Shown: positions 1-11,195, counted from the first letter of the stretch. The stretch: 64,000 nucleotides of DNA from Candidatus Eiseniibacteriota bacterium (GCA_963702435.1 CAVPCR010000005.1:1-64000), one strand, 5' to 3'. Made by a program: numbers and translations. The notes: generated by a model not told the origin, from the letters alone.

Positions 1-200
1 CTGGAGGATAGCCGGGCCGAGTGGGGGCCGTCAAGAGCGGCTAGTCACGGTGCCGCCGTGCCTTGGTCACACTCTGAGCCGGCAGGATTGGCCCCTCGGC
101 ACCTCTGTCCGTTCTAACCAACGCCCCCACTCCCCATGGCAACATCCCCGTAGCCGAAAGAACAGCCGCCCATCGACGGGTGACGAAGAGCTGCTGGAGC

Positions 201-527
201 TCACACGCCCACGGGATTGGGTCGGATGACGGCGCGCGCGAGCGCGGGCGCCGGGCCGCCGACCGCGGCGGAAGTGCCGAGCGTGCCCCGGATCACGAAC
301 TTGAAATCGTCCGGAGTGAGGCTGCCGGCGTCTTCGACCGGCTGCCAGGCGCCGCCGGAGTCCTGGACGGCGTTGGTGCCGGGCGGAAGGGTCTGGCCGG
401 CGATCGAGATCGGCGGCACGAAGGGTCCGGAGGCGAGGGCGCCGCCCAACTGCCAGCCGGTCCCGTATGTCCCGGGCGGCAGGGTCAAGCTCAACCCCCC
501 GCCACCCGCCGCCAAAGTGCCCACCAC
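201..527 (-). pseudogene. Fragment of a secreted protein that stops at the start of a CTD
   Basis: Protein-like ORF with no signal peptide. It ends SAAVGGPAPALARAVIRPNPVGV, the linker plus xxPNP motif that opens the CTDs of other proteins in this window. Confidence 0.4.
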
Positions 528-699
528 TCAGTGCGACACTGCTCGCTTCCCCGGTGAACGAGCCCCGAGTGGACCCTGAACCCGCGACCCATCGGCGAGA
601 TGGAGCGCCGAGCGGGTTCGGGCTTGCCTCGAACGACGGCCCCGCGAGGCGCAGAAGCGCACTGTCGCAGCGGAGGTGCTACCCGGGTCATGACTCGCG

Positions 700-954
700 G
701 TGGACGACGCGCTCGTGACGCCGTTCACCGACGCCGGCTGGACGCTGCTGTTCGCCGAGGCCGGCACAGTCGTCTCGGAGACCGGAGGCCAGCTCTGCCA
801 TGCGGCGATAGTCGCGCGCGAGTACGGGCTCCCCGCGGTGGTGAGCGTAAGGGATGCGCTGTCGCGCATCCGCGAGGGCCAGTGCATCGTCGTCGATGGC
901 TATGCAGGGCGGGTCTACCTTCACGATGGTGATGATAGGGGAAGGGGAACATGA
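700..954 (+). pseudogene. PEP-utilising enzyme mobile (phosphohistidine swivel) domain, probably a 5'-truncated remnant
   Basis: LVTPFTDAGWT..ETGGQLCHAAIVAREYGLPAVV..IVVDG matches the PEP-utiliser mobile domain with its His. No ATP-grasp domain upstream. Stop overlaps the next ATG (ATGA, 951-954). Confidence 0.75.
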
Positions 955-1795
955 CGCCGCACGTCCCGCTGGCGGTGCTCGCCGGCTACCTCCGGGTTCG
1001 ATCTCGACGGCCCGCCTTGTCACGCGCCTCGCCGCGGCCGGCTCGCGCGCGAGGGAAGGTACCACCCTCCGGCTGGAGGGCAGCGAGCACACGATGGAGC
1101 TGCGGACTGCGAGCGCCACGTCGGCCTCGCTTCAGATCGGACCTCGGTACGGGTTTCTCACCTACGTGCTCGACTTGCTGAAGATCGCCCTGCCGATGCT
1201 GCTCGTACGCCACCTGTACCCGGACCGCACGCTCCACCTCTGGTGCCGTGCCGCTGGCATGGTGGGGCGCGTGTGGCCGGTCTGGCACGGATTCGGCGGT
1301 GGGCGCGGGATCTCGGTGGCCTACGGCGGCCTGCTCGTGATCGACCCCATCGGTGTCATCGTCACATCGCTCGCCGGCATGCTCCTCGGGCTCGTGGTCG
1401 TGCGCGACGTCATCGTAGCCTACATGGGGGGTGTCCTGCTCATCGTGCCGTGGGTGTGGCTGCGCACGCACGACGACGCGGTGATCATGTGGGCAGTGTT
1501 CGTCAACATGGTCTTCGCCACCGCCATGGTGCCCGAGATCCGCCAGTGGGTCCGGATTCGGCGCGAGGACAAGTGGAACGACACGGCCGAGGTCATGCAG
1601 CTATCGGGTATGCTGCGCGGGATCCTGCGGATTGGCATTGCACCGCGCTTGGTGAAACCGCGGGAGGTGCGCGCGCCAGCGTCCATGACCGGGGCGGGCG
1701 AAGAGAGAAGCGCGGAGAGCGGCGCGCCGAGACCCCGGCGAAGCTCCGCATCGCTAGGGTCTCGATCCTGGCCCCCACGCATCGAGCCTTGGTGA
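951..1795 (+). CDS. PlsY-like glycerol-3-phosphate acyltransferase family membrane protein, frameshift near 992
   Basis: MTPHVPLAVLAGYL joins GSISTARL in another frame; adding one base restores GYLLGSI. DLLK and GRVWPVWHGFGGGRGIS resemble PlsY motifs. Several TM segments. Confidence 0.7.
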
Positions 1796-1829
1796 GTTGC
1801 GTGGCGCAACGCGAACGGCGTCGCCTGCC

Positions 1830-2280
1830 GGCGACGGGGTCGCCTTGATCTCGTTCCAGAGCAGATGGAACGGGACCTGCTGCTGGGACATCTACGGCTG
1901 CCGTTTCGACGAGAACGGCGGGGGGCTCGATCCGCCCGGGGGGCGGATTCTCGTCTCCGCCGACCAGGACCAGACGGACCCGAACGGGGCGTGGGACGGC
2001 AGTTCCTCGTGCTCTTCCAGGACCGGCGCCACGTGCCGACGAACGCGGACCAGCGTGTCCTCACCTCTACGGGGTGCGCGTCCTGGCCGACGGCAACGTG
2101 CTCGATCCGGCCGGCTTCGTCGCGTCCGAGCGCATCGTCGTTTGGCAGTCGGGCGTGGAGGACACTGCCGTCGCGGGGGCTCCGGTGCTTCTTGGGACGG
2201 CCGCGCGGACGACGGGCGTCCTGTGGCTCCTGGCGTGTACCATGCGCGGCCAGCCTCCGCCGGCGCCGGCGCAGCAGTGA
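1830..2280 (+). pseudogene. Degraded fragment of a secreted beta-propeller-type repeat protein
   Basis: Pieces in three frames (WDIYGCRFDENGGGLDPPG; AWDG/QFLVLFQDRR; LYGVRVLADGNVLDPAG) repeat a DIYGxRVxxxGxVLDPxG unit. Confidence 0.5.
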
Positions 2281-2488
2281 AGATCGTGCGCCGCTGATCC
2301 CGACGGCGCCCGCCTCGGACGACCGCCTGGCTGGCCGTTCGGCGCAGCGATGAGTGATGCGGCATCCATGCCGGAGCGGCGGATGGCAGCCCGACCCCGG
2401 CCCGCAGCAAGCGAGTGAGCAATCCTGACAGGAGAGGCGAACGCGCTGCGCCGCTACACCGCCTGAGCGCGCGCGTAGCGGCGCAGCT

Positions 2489-2532
2489 ATCCCGCGCAGG
2501 GGTGCAGGGCGACCCCACCACCCCTGCCGTTT
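2489..2532 (-). terminator. GC hairpin after the orphan CTD tail, shared with 9712-9755
   Basis: Minus strand GCAGGGGTG...CACCCCTGC 9-bp stem just after TAG. The 44-bp flank matches 9712-9755 at 39/44. No U-tract. Confidence 0.45.
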
Positions 2533-2668
2533 CTACTTGAGCAACGTCATCTGCCGCGTCGCGCTGAACGACGCCGCCTCCATCCGGCAGAGGTAGACGC
2601 CCGACGCCGCCAGTGCGCCGCCCTCCGTCCGCCCATCCCATGCCGCCTCGTACGCTCCCGGCTCCCGC
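2533..2668 (-). pseudogene. Orphan 3' end of a FlgD-Ig/T9SS-like CTD (copy of the 5642 gene tail)
   Basis: Encodes REPGAYEAAWDGRTEGGALAASGVYLCRMEAASFSATRQMTLLK*, near-identical in DNA to 5642-5778. Homology stops abruptly at about 2668. Confidence 0.85.
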
Positions 2669-3047
2669 GCGACGTTGGCCCGGTCAACCCCGCAAGGCCA
2701 AAGTGGACTCAACGCCATGGAGTCGGATCGCTGCGGTGGTACGCCAGCACTTGCAGTGACACAGACGCCGCCAAGCCGAGCGCGTTCCCAGTGGCGGCGG
2801 AACTCGTCGTCCTGTCCCCAGCAGCATTTCGGAATACCTCGGCCGGGTGAGCGGCTGGCTCGTTGGATTTGACCAACCCAAAGTCCTGGCGCAGATCCCG
2901 ACCCATGAGGAAGTCATCTTCACGAAGCTGGCCTGATTCCTCTGAGCGGATCCCTTGCCAGCAGCGTTCCTTTCCCGTATAAGATCTGCAGGCAGTAGGA
3001 GCAAGGGACTCAACTACAGCGCCCGGATCGGGCAGGAGGTTGCTGTC

Positions 3048-3584
3048 ATGTTCTGCGGTCATCGGCTGCACTGGTCTCTAGTAGCGGTCTTGGTCGTTTC
3101 GGTCGTTGCCCTCGTTGGGTGCGGGAAGAAAAGTGACAGCGAGAAGCAAGCCGAAACCATGATGGAGAAGACCCTCGAGCACGCGACCGGCGGGGATGTC
3201 GATGTCGATCTCGGTGGCGGCGGTGACGTCACGGTCAAGACCGAAGAGGGCACAACCACAATGTCCGAGACCACTGAGTGGCCGGCCGACATGTTCAGCG
3301 AGGTTCCTAGATTCACCTACGGCGTCATCGAGCGCGTGACCCGCTCGGAGCAGACTCATGACAGTCAGAAGAGCGTGATGATTTACTTCCGTGATTTGCA
3401 GAATGGCGGACCTGAGAAGTACGGCAAGGAGATCGAGGCGGCGGGCTGGCAATCGCAGATGAATATGGCGGCCGGCAAGGGCGGCATGATCAGCGCCCAG
3501 AAGGGGAATCTCGCGCTGACCCTAACGTACAACTATGAAGACAGGATGGCCGTGCTGAACGTGTTCTCCGGGGCCGATGAGTAG
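3048..3584 (+). CDS. Hypothetical lipoprotein
   Basis: AGGAGG at 3034-3039, ATG 3048, hydrophobic signal with lipobox LVGC followed by GKKSDSEK. Confidence 0.8.
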   Translation: MFCGHRLHWSLVAVLVVSVVALVGCGKKSDSEKQAETMMEKTLEHATGGDVDVDLGGGGDVTVKTEEGTTTMSETTEWPADMFSEVPRFTYGVIERVTRSEQTHDSQKSVMIYFRDLQNGGPEKYGKEIEAAGWQSQMNMAAGKGGMISAQKGNLALTLTYNYEDRMAVLNVFSGADE

Positions 3585-3797
3585 GATTGCCCACTCCTCC
3601 TGATCGGCGGTTGCAGCGGCCACGGCTTGCCGGGTATCGCCGTGCCGACCAGGCCAACGCGCGGGAAGACATGGCGCCGCGCGAGGACGTGCGCTGCGTT
3701 TTCGCCCGGAACGTGAGGACGCTCTCAATCACTGCGTTCGGATCTTCCCACCCAGGCTCAATGGCTCATGCGTGCGCTTTCCGGACGACCTGGGCAC

Positions 3798-5384
3798 TCA
3801 TCGTAGCTTGAGGATCTTCCTGCCGACCCGAACGTCTCCATAGCGCATGCCAATGAAGTAGACGCCGGCCGGCAACGCGCTGACATCGGCCCGCCCGCGC
3901 CCGCTCACGAGGGCGATCTCCATGACGCCCCTGCCCTGGGGGGTGTACACGTAAGCTCGGCCATTGTCCGTCGCTCTGAGCGCGCTGAAGTCGACGTCGA
4001 TGATGTCCCGAGCTGGGTTCGGGTGCACAAGGATCGACGTGCTCGGACGTGGTGGTCCGTCTTCAACGCTGATGAGGCTCCGTGGCTTGCCGTCGAGCAC
4101 CATGACCCCCGTGTTCAGCGGGTCGAGCCACGGCCTGAGTTGCCGATTGGGCGCGGAGCCGTTTCCATTCCAGTGCACCGAGAACTTGCCGCCACCGGCC
4201 AAGTTGATTCCCCCGGGCACAACACACCCCGTGCTGCCGTACGAGACCGTCCCGATCACCCTCCGGACGCTATCGAACACGCCAGATCCCGACGAATTGG
4301 GCTCTACGATTCCCCCGCGCCCACCCGATTGGACGCACGTCGCCACGAAGTCGGACCCACTCATGCCCTGTTCGAACGCGCTGATGAGCGAGATCTTCTT
4401 GATGTCTGCCAGGGGGTGTTGAATGATCGCGCCGGGCATCGGAATGCCCGCTCCGATCGGACTGCGGTTCCAGCCGGCGTAGTAGACACCGTAGGCCTCG
4501 GGGATGGGATTCAACTCGAGAAGCTGGAAGTCCGAGCCATCCGGCGGGAGCGGATGCACGCCCCCGCTGGCGGCCAGTCTCGTGCACCCCACGACGGTCT
4601 GATCGCGAAGGCCCGCGGGGGAAGACGGGTTGGCGCAGCCCGGGGCCTCGTAGTTGAAATAGAAGATCACCTGCCCAAGCTCCGCCGGCGTGGCTTCCAT
4701 GGCACAGTGCTGTGCGGAGAGGAAGAGATTGCGATCGTCCAGCGCCGTGTTGTTGACGAGAGTGCCCGTGCAGTCACCGATCTCACTCCCGACGGTGTAG
4801 GTGTACTGCGCGACAGCCTTCTTTGGGTTCTGCCAGGGAAGGCCGTCAGGGCAGTTGACGTTGATGTAGCAGCCAGGTGCGTCGCCGAAGCCCATCGAGG
4901 CGTCGCCTGCCTTCGCGACGATACAGCCCACCTCCGAGACGACCGCCCGGAAGCCGCCGACGAGCGAGGAAGGCATCGTCGCCTCCACGACGACCCGGGT
5001 GGACGGCACGGCAGGTAGGGCGAAGCTCCTCACGAGGCGGTTGTCGTTCCGCCAGAACACTCTCGTCGCGAAGGAGCCGTCCGCACTGCGCGCCGATATC
5101 GTCGCCCCTGGCGGGAGGATCAACTCGTCGAAGTAGACGATGACGCCGTCGGCATGATCGGCTTGCACGATCAACGTCCACGTGGAGAGACCGCCGTCCG
5201 ACGACCAGGCGCCCGCACTCTCGTCCTCGAGGGAGGGGATCTTCACCTTCATGCCGACCCGGTTGGATTTGCTGCCGCGAATGGTCGCCATCTCTTCGCT
5301 CGAAGGGCTCACCAGGACCTGTGCCGTGGCCCGTTGCGGGAGGGCGAGGCCAAGTGCGAAGAGGATGATGGCGGTGCGTACCAT
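3798..5384 (-). CDS. Secreted trypsin-like serine protease (lysyl endopeptidase/Achromobacter protease I family) with T9SS type-A-like CTD
   Basis: RBS AAGGAGG, signal MVRTAIILFALGLALPQRATA. Motifs CTGTLVNN, SAQHC (His), SDFQLLEL (Asp), EPNSSGSG (Ser), WLDP. CTD VHPNPARD..LPAGVYFI..RKILKLR. Confidence 0.88.
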   Translation of the reverse strand: MVRTAIILFALGLALPQRATAQVLVSPSSEEMATIRGSKSNRVGMKVKIPSLEDESAGAWSSDGGLSTWTLIVQADHADGVIVYFDELILPPGATISARSADGSFATRVFWRNDNRLVRSFALPAVPSTRVVVEATMPSSLVGGFRAVVSEVGCIVAKAGDASMGFGDAPGCYINVNCPDGLPWQNPKKAVAQYTYTVGSEIGDCTGTLVNNTALDDRNLFLSAQHCAMEATPAELGQVIFYFNYEAPGCANPSSPAGLRDQTVVGCTRLAASGGVHPLPPDGSDFQLLELNPIPEAYGVYYAGWNRSPIGAGIPMPGAIIQHPLADIKKISLISAFEQGMSGSDFVATCVQSGGRGGIVEPNSSGSGVFDSVRRVIGTVSYGSTGCVVPGGINLAGGGKFSVHWNGNGSAPNRQLRPWLDPLNTGVMVLDGKPRSLISVEDGPPRPSTSILVHPNPARDIIDVDFSALRATDNGRAYVYTPQGRGVMEIALVSGRGRADVSALPAGVYFIGMRYGDVRVGRKILKLR

Positions 5385-5641
5385 GGTCGAGTTCCTCCTT
5401 ACCGGTATCCCACCTGAGCACCGCGACTTTGCCCGGAGTGGCGCACACGCGATCCGCCGCGAGCCGCGTGGATACCCAGGATTGACCCACCCTGTTAGCG
5501 AGAATTGACCCACCGCGCGGCACGTAGCCGCGCGACTCCGCCGGCTCGCCCTTCCGTTCGTCCGCCCTCCTCCACCCTGCTGCGGCGGTGAGCGCGGGTG
5601 CGGCCGGGGAACCGCGCCGCGGAGTGAGGTTGTTGCCGCTT

Positions 5642-8600
5642 CTACTTGAGCAACGTCATCTGCCGCGTCGCGCTGAACGACGCCGCCTCCATCCGGCAGA
5701 GGTACACGCCCGAGGCCGCCTGTGCGCCGCCCTCCGTCCGCCCATCCCACACCGCCTCGTACGCTCCCGGCTCCCGCATCGCAGCCACCAGCACCCGCAC
5801 CACCCGGCCCGCCGGGTCGTAGATCGCGAGCCTCACCCGCCCGCTCACCGCCACGTCGTAACCGATCACCGTCGTCGGATTGAACGGGTTCGGCATGTTC
5901 GTATGCAGCGCGAAGCGCGCCGGTAGCGGGGTCGTCTCCGCCAACACTCCCGCCGGCTGTACCACCTGCTCCGCCGCAAACAGCGACCCGGCGAAGGCCG
6001 CATCGATCGCCTGCACGCTCCAGTAGTAGCGGCCGCCCGGTGTCACCCGCACCGTCCACGACCGCCGTTCCTGCGCGTTCCCGAGCGCCACCACCCGCCG
6101 GTAGCCGGCCAGGGCGCGCGCCATCGCCGCCATCACTTCGTTCCCACCCGGCGTGGTGCCGATACGGAGGTTGTACGAGAGCCCGGCCGCCGGCGTCTGC
6201 GCGTCGGCCGCGGCGTTCCAACCTAGCGTCAACTGGTCGTTGTTGATCGCGGCGGTCAGGCCGCCGGGAGCTGTCGGCGGCGTGTTCGGAGACGCGGCGT
6301 CGTTGCGGTACAGGCGAGTGATGTTGCCTGCACTCGTGTCCCCGGCAAGCAGGACGTCGAGGTCCTCGTCGTTGTCGTAGTCCCCCCACACCGCCGCGCT
6401 GTAACGTACCCCTTCCAACCCGGAGGTGACTCCGCTGAATCCACCGCCCCCGTCGTTCCGGTACACGCACGCCGTCCGCTCCGTGCCCGTCCACCCCGTC
6501 AGCAGGATGTCCAGGTCCCCATCGTTGTCGTAGTCTCCCCACCCCGCTGACCCGTCATACACCCGGCGCAGCCCCGCGGCGACGCTGGTGAACACCCCGC
6601 CCCCGTCGTTCCGGTACAGCCGCGCAATCCCCACGATGCCCGTCCACCCCGTCAGCACGATGTCCAGATCCCCGTCGTTGTCGTAGTCCCCCCACGCCGC
6701 CGCGCTGCCGCTGACCCCCTGCAATCCCGCAGCGATGTCACTGAACACCCCGCTCCCGTCGTTCCGGTACAGCCGCGTAATCCGCTCCGTGCCCGTCCAC
6801 CCCGTCAACAGGATGTCCAGGTCCCCGTCGTTGTCGTAGTCCCCCCACGCCGCCGCGCTGCCGCTGACACCCGGTAACCCGGCGGCGGCGTTGCTGAACA
6901 CCCCGCCCCCGTCGTTCCGGTACACCCGCGCAAGCCCCGCGATGCCTGCCCACCCCGTCAGCAGGATGTCCAGGTCTCCATCGTTGTCACAGTCCCCCCA
7001 CGCTGCCGCGCCGTCGTATACCCCAGGCAGCCCCGCCGCGATGTCGCTGAACACCCCGCCCCCATCGTTCCGGTACACCCGCGACATGACGATCTGCCCC
7101 GTCCCCGTCCACCCCGTCAACAGGATGTCCAGGTCCCCGTCGTTGTCGTAGTCCCCCCATGCTACGGCACCCTGGCTGACATCCGGCAGCCCGGCCCCGA
7201 TGTCGCTGAACACCCCTCCCCCGTCGTTCCGGTACACCCGCGACATCCGCTCCGTGGCCGTCGTCCCGGTCAGCAGGATGTCCAGATCCCCGTCATTGTC
7301 GTAGTCCCCCCACGCCGCCGCACAGAAGTCCACTCCTGGCAACGTCGCGGCAGTCTCACCGAAGACCGCGCCAAGGTAGACGTACGCCCGCCCCTCGCCG
7401 CTCTCCCCGTTGGAGTAGTAGACGGCGCCCACGATCACATCGGAATACCCATCCCCGTTCACGTCCCCCGCCGTCGCCACGGAGATGCCGAAATCGGCGA
7501 CGGCCTGGTTCGACTCAGCCGTCCACGCCGGGGCGGTGGCGAGCCCTGTCGCCGAGCCGTGGTAGACATACGCGCGCCCTTCGCCGGTCTCGCCGTTATC
7601 GTACCGGTTGGCACCTACGATCACATCCGAGTACCCATCCCCGTTCACGTCACCCGCCGTCGCCACGCAGTTCCCGAAGTGGGCGTAGTCCTGGTTCGAC
7701 CAGGCGATCCAGGCAGGGGCGGCCGCAAGCCCCGCCGCCGAACCGTGGTAGACGTGAGCGGCGCCACGGAAGCCTTGTTCTGGAGCGCCGACGATCACGT
7801 CGGAGTAGCCGTCCCCGTTCACGTCCCCTGCCGCCGCCACGGAGTAGCCGAAGGCGGGACTGGGGTACGGGGGATCTGCCTCCGCGATCCAGGCGGGTGT
7901 GGCCGCAAGTCCCTGAGGTGAACCGTGGTAGACGTATGCATGGTCCCAGGCGCCCACGATCACGTCCCAGAAGCCGTCCCGGTTCACGTCCCCCGCCGTC
8001 GCCACGGACCGGCCGAAGTCGTATTCTGCGTCCTCCGCGGTCCAGGCGGGAGTGGCGGCGAGCCCCGCCACCGACCCGTGGTAGACGTACGCACGACTTG
8101 GTCCTGTGCTGTAGCCGCCGCCGACAATCACGTCCGAATAGCCATCCCCGTTCACGTCCCCTGCCGTCGCCACGCACCGGCCGAAGGAGTGGTTGTCACC
8201 CGTTGCGGTCCAGGCGGGGGCGGCTGCGAGCCCCGTCGCCGAGCCGTGGTAGACATACCCTCGCCCCTCGTCGGTCTTGCCGTTGTCATACGCGTAGGCG
8301 CCAACTATGACGTCGTCGTACCCGTCTCCGTTCACGTCCCCCGCCATCGCCACGGACTCGCCGAAGTCGGCGCCGGCCTGGTTCGACTCCGCCGTCCAGG
8401 CGGGATCGGTCGCGAGCCCCGCCGCGGTGCCATGGTAGACATACGCCCGCCCCTCGTCGGTCTCGCCATTGTCGTACTCGCAGGCGCCAACGATGACGTC
8501 GTCGTATCCATCGCCGTTCACGTCGCCGGCCGTCGCCGCGGAATGGCCGAAGCCGGCGCCGGCCTGGTTCGACTCGGCGATCCAATCTGGCGAAGTCATC

Positions 8601-9343
8601 AGCGGATCCACCGTCAGCGGATACTCCGCGCCGCCGTCCTCCACGACGATCGCCAGCTCCGTCCCGGCCAGCTCTAGCCGCGCCGGCAGCTCCCGCCCCG
8701 TGGCGTCCTCTACTCGGAGTCCTCCATAGCGAAGGACCACCGCCCCAACGGCGTCGAGAAGATCCACGGCCGCCTCACCCGCCCTCAACTCCGCGCGCAG
8801 ATCCCCCCCGATCTCCCCTTCGATCCGCAGCGCCCCGGCACTCCCCGGCCGCTCCCGCACGGTAAAGCCCTGCTCGACCCCCTCCTCCTTGTTCTCGTAC
8901 CACTCGATCAGACCGCGACGAGCGTAGGAGACGCGAGCCCCATCCGCCGTCGGCGTGGCGGCGGCGAGGTCGGTGAGCGCCCCGGCCCGGCCGAAGCGGC
9001 ACGCTGTGAAACGCCACCGCCAGCGCGGCGCGGCGTCCCCCGTGCGCGGCACGATCTCGATGCCGTCAGGATGGAAGTAGGTGCGGAAGCCGTGGGCGCG
9101 GTTGGGCGCCTGGAGTCCCGTGCTGCTCGCCGACACCGCGTACTCCGCCCGCGCCAAGTCGGCGCTCGCGGTCTGCCACCACTCCTCGCTCGCCCCCGCG
9201 GCGCGCGCTGCGGCAGCGATCACCGGCGGCGATGTGCCCTCCTCCGCGCCCGAGGAGGGCGACTGCGCGGTGGGGCTCAAGGTGCTGGCAAGAACGAGAG
9301 AAAAGACAGCGATCGCAGCGAGGAGAAGAGCTCGCGGCAGCAT
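5642..9343 (-). CDS. Large secreted FG-GAP/VCBS repeat protein (two 7-repeat propellers, FN3-like domain, FlgD-Ig CTD)
   Basis: RBS GGAAGGAGG, signal MLPRALLLAAIAVFSLVLA. 7x [16 protein letters not shown], 7x WGDYDNDGDLDILLTG, NTPPTAP..YYWSVQAID, then PNPFNP..WDGR..SGVYLCRM. Confidence 0.92.
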   Translation of the reverse strand: MLPRALLLAAIAVFSLVLASTLSPTAQSPSSGAEEGTSPPVIAAAARAAGASEEWWQTASADLARAEYAVSASSTGLQAPNRAHGFRTYFHPDGIEIVPRTGDAAPRWRWRFTACRFGRAGALTDLAAATPTADGARVSYARRGLIEWYENKEEGVEQGFTVRERPGSAGALRIEGEIGGDLRAELRAGEAAVDLLDAVGAVVLRYGGLRVEDATGRELPARLELAGTELAIVVEDGGAEYPLTVDPLMTSPDWIAESNQAGAGFGHSAATAGDVNGDGYDDVIVGACEYDNGETDEGRAYVYHGTAAGLATDPAWTAESNQAGADFGESVAMAGDVNGDGYDDVIVGAYAYDNGKTDEGRGYVYHGSATGLAAAPAWTATGDNHSFGRCVATAGDVNGDGYSDVIVGGGYSTGPSRAYVYHGSVAGLAATPAWTAEDAEYDFGRSVATAGDVNRDGFWDVIVGAWDHAYVYHGSPQGLAATPAWIAEADPPYPSPAFGYSVAAAGDVNGDGYSDVIVGAPEQGFRGAAHVYHGSAAGLAAAPAWIAWSNQDYAHFGNCVATAGDVNGDGYSDVIVGANRYDNGETGEGRAYVYHGSATGLATAPAWTAESNQAVADFGISVATAGDVNGDGYSDVIVGAVYYSNGESGEGRAYVYLGAVFGETAATLPGVDFCAAAWGDYDNDGDLDILLTGTTATERMSRVYRNDGGGVFSDIGAGLPDVSQGAVAWGDYDNDGDLDILLTGWTGTGQIVMSRVYRNDGGGVFSDIAAGLPGVYDGAAAWGDCDNDGDLDILLTGWAGIAGLARVYRNDGGGVFSNAAAGLPGVSGSAAAWGDYDNDGDLDILLTGWTGTERITRLYRNDGSGVFSDIAAGLQGVSGSAAAWGDYDNDGDLDIVLTGWTGIVGIARLYRNDGGGVFTSVAAGLRRVYDGSAGWGDYDNDGDLDILLTGWTGTERTACVYRNDGGGGFSGVTSGLEGVRYSAAVWGDYDNDEDLDVLLAGDTSAGNITRLYRNDAASPNTPPTAPGGLTAAINNDQLTLGWNAAADAQTPAAGLSYNLRIGTTPGGNEVMAAMARALAGYRRVVALGNAQERRSWTVRVTPGGRYYWSVQAIDAAFAGSLFAAEQVVQPAGVLAETTPLPARFALHTNMPNPFNPTTVIGYDVAVSGRVRLAIYDPAGRVVRVLVAAMREPGAYEAVWDGRTEGGAQAASGVYLCRMEAASFSATRQMTLLK

Positions 9344-9631
9344 GGCAACAGCCTCCTTCCCGCGAACACGTGTCACGTCCGCGGCAGTTGGCCGGCGTGG
9401 ACGCGCTGGCAGCGCCTCAGGAGGGCGGGCCGAGCCTAGATCGATGGGATAGGAGGGGAACCGCGCCTCCGTCACGCAGGTCGATGCGCGAAGCGAACCG
9501 CGGTGGGGCGGTCCCCCAGGGGGTGCCCCGTCGGGGCTCCTTCAACCGACGAGTTTGAGCCGGGTGGCCAACAAGAACAAGGGGAAAGGCAACAACAGAG
9601 CGAATCAAAGCCGCAGGAACCTTCACGCGGG

Positions 9632-9653
9632 ATCTACAATGAGAATTGTAGAT
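9632..9653. promoter_or_regulatory. Perfect AT-rich palindrome, candidate operator upstream of the FG-GAP gene
   Basis: ATCTACAAT-GAGA-ATTGTAGAT in a GC-rich intergenic region. Confidence 0.4.
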
Positions 9654-9755
9654 TTGACGCCGAGCATGGGCCGCCGCGTGCCCCGGGTGCCAGGCTCCGG
9701 TAGTGCAACAGATCCCGCGTAGGGGTTCAGGGCAACCCCACCACTCCTGCCGCTT

Positions 9756-9917
9756 CTACTTGAGCAGCGTCATCTGCCGCGTCGCGCTGAACGACGCCGC
9801 CTCCATCCGGTAGAGGTACACACCCGAGGCCGCCTGTGCGCCGCCATCCGTCCGCCCATCCCATACCGCCTCGTACGCTCCCGGCTCCCGCACCGCATCC
9901 ACCAGCACCCGCACCAC
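9756..9917 (-). pseudogene. Second orphan 3' end of the FlgD-Ig/T9SS-like CTD
   Basis: Encodes VVRVLVDAVREPGAYEAVWDGRTDGGAQAASGVYLYRMEAASFSATRQMTLLK*, near-identical to 5642-5803. No upstream gene body. Confidence 0.85.
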
Positions 9918-10128
9918 ATCCCGCTCGGCCCGCTGATGGGGGTCCCTGACGGAGTCCGGCGGAGCTCGGTGGCGTGGGGGGATTCACCGACATGGTGGCC
10001 GAAACTGCCGGGGGTGCATAGCGGCTCGGTGGCGTGGGACGGACCACCTCCCGTCAAGTCCTCCTGCCAGTGTTCCCACCGCTTCGCCCGGCCTTGGACC
10101 GCATCTACCCACCTCGCCTGACGCTCCC

Positions 10129-11151
<1,023 letters not shown>

Positions 11152-11195
11152 TCACCTCATCCTTCGCTGTCGCCGGCCGCTCGCGCCGCTCACCG

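Noticed and set aside
5385..6542. 914-aa ORF extension of the protease
   Set aside because: Off-frame overlap with the FG-GAP gene; the true start with RBS and signal peptide is at 5384.
9630..9655. Cas12a-like repeat (TCTAC..GTAGAT stem)
   Set aside because: Single copy, no spacers, no cas genes.
9964..10038. 15-bp direct repeat GCTCGGTGGCGTGGG, 60 bp apart
   Set aside because: Only two GC-rich copies and no associated element; function cannot be supported.
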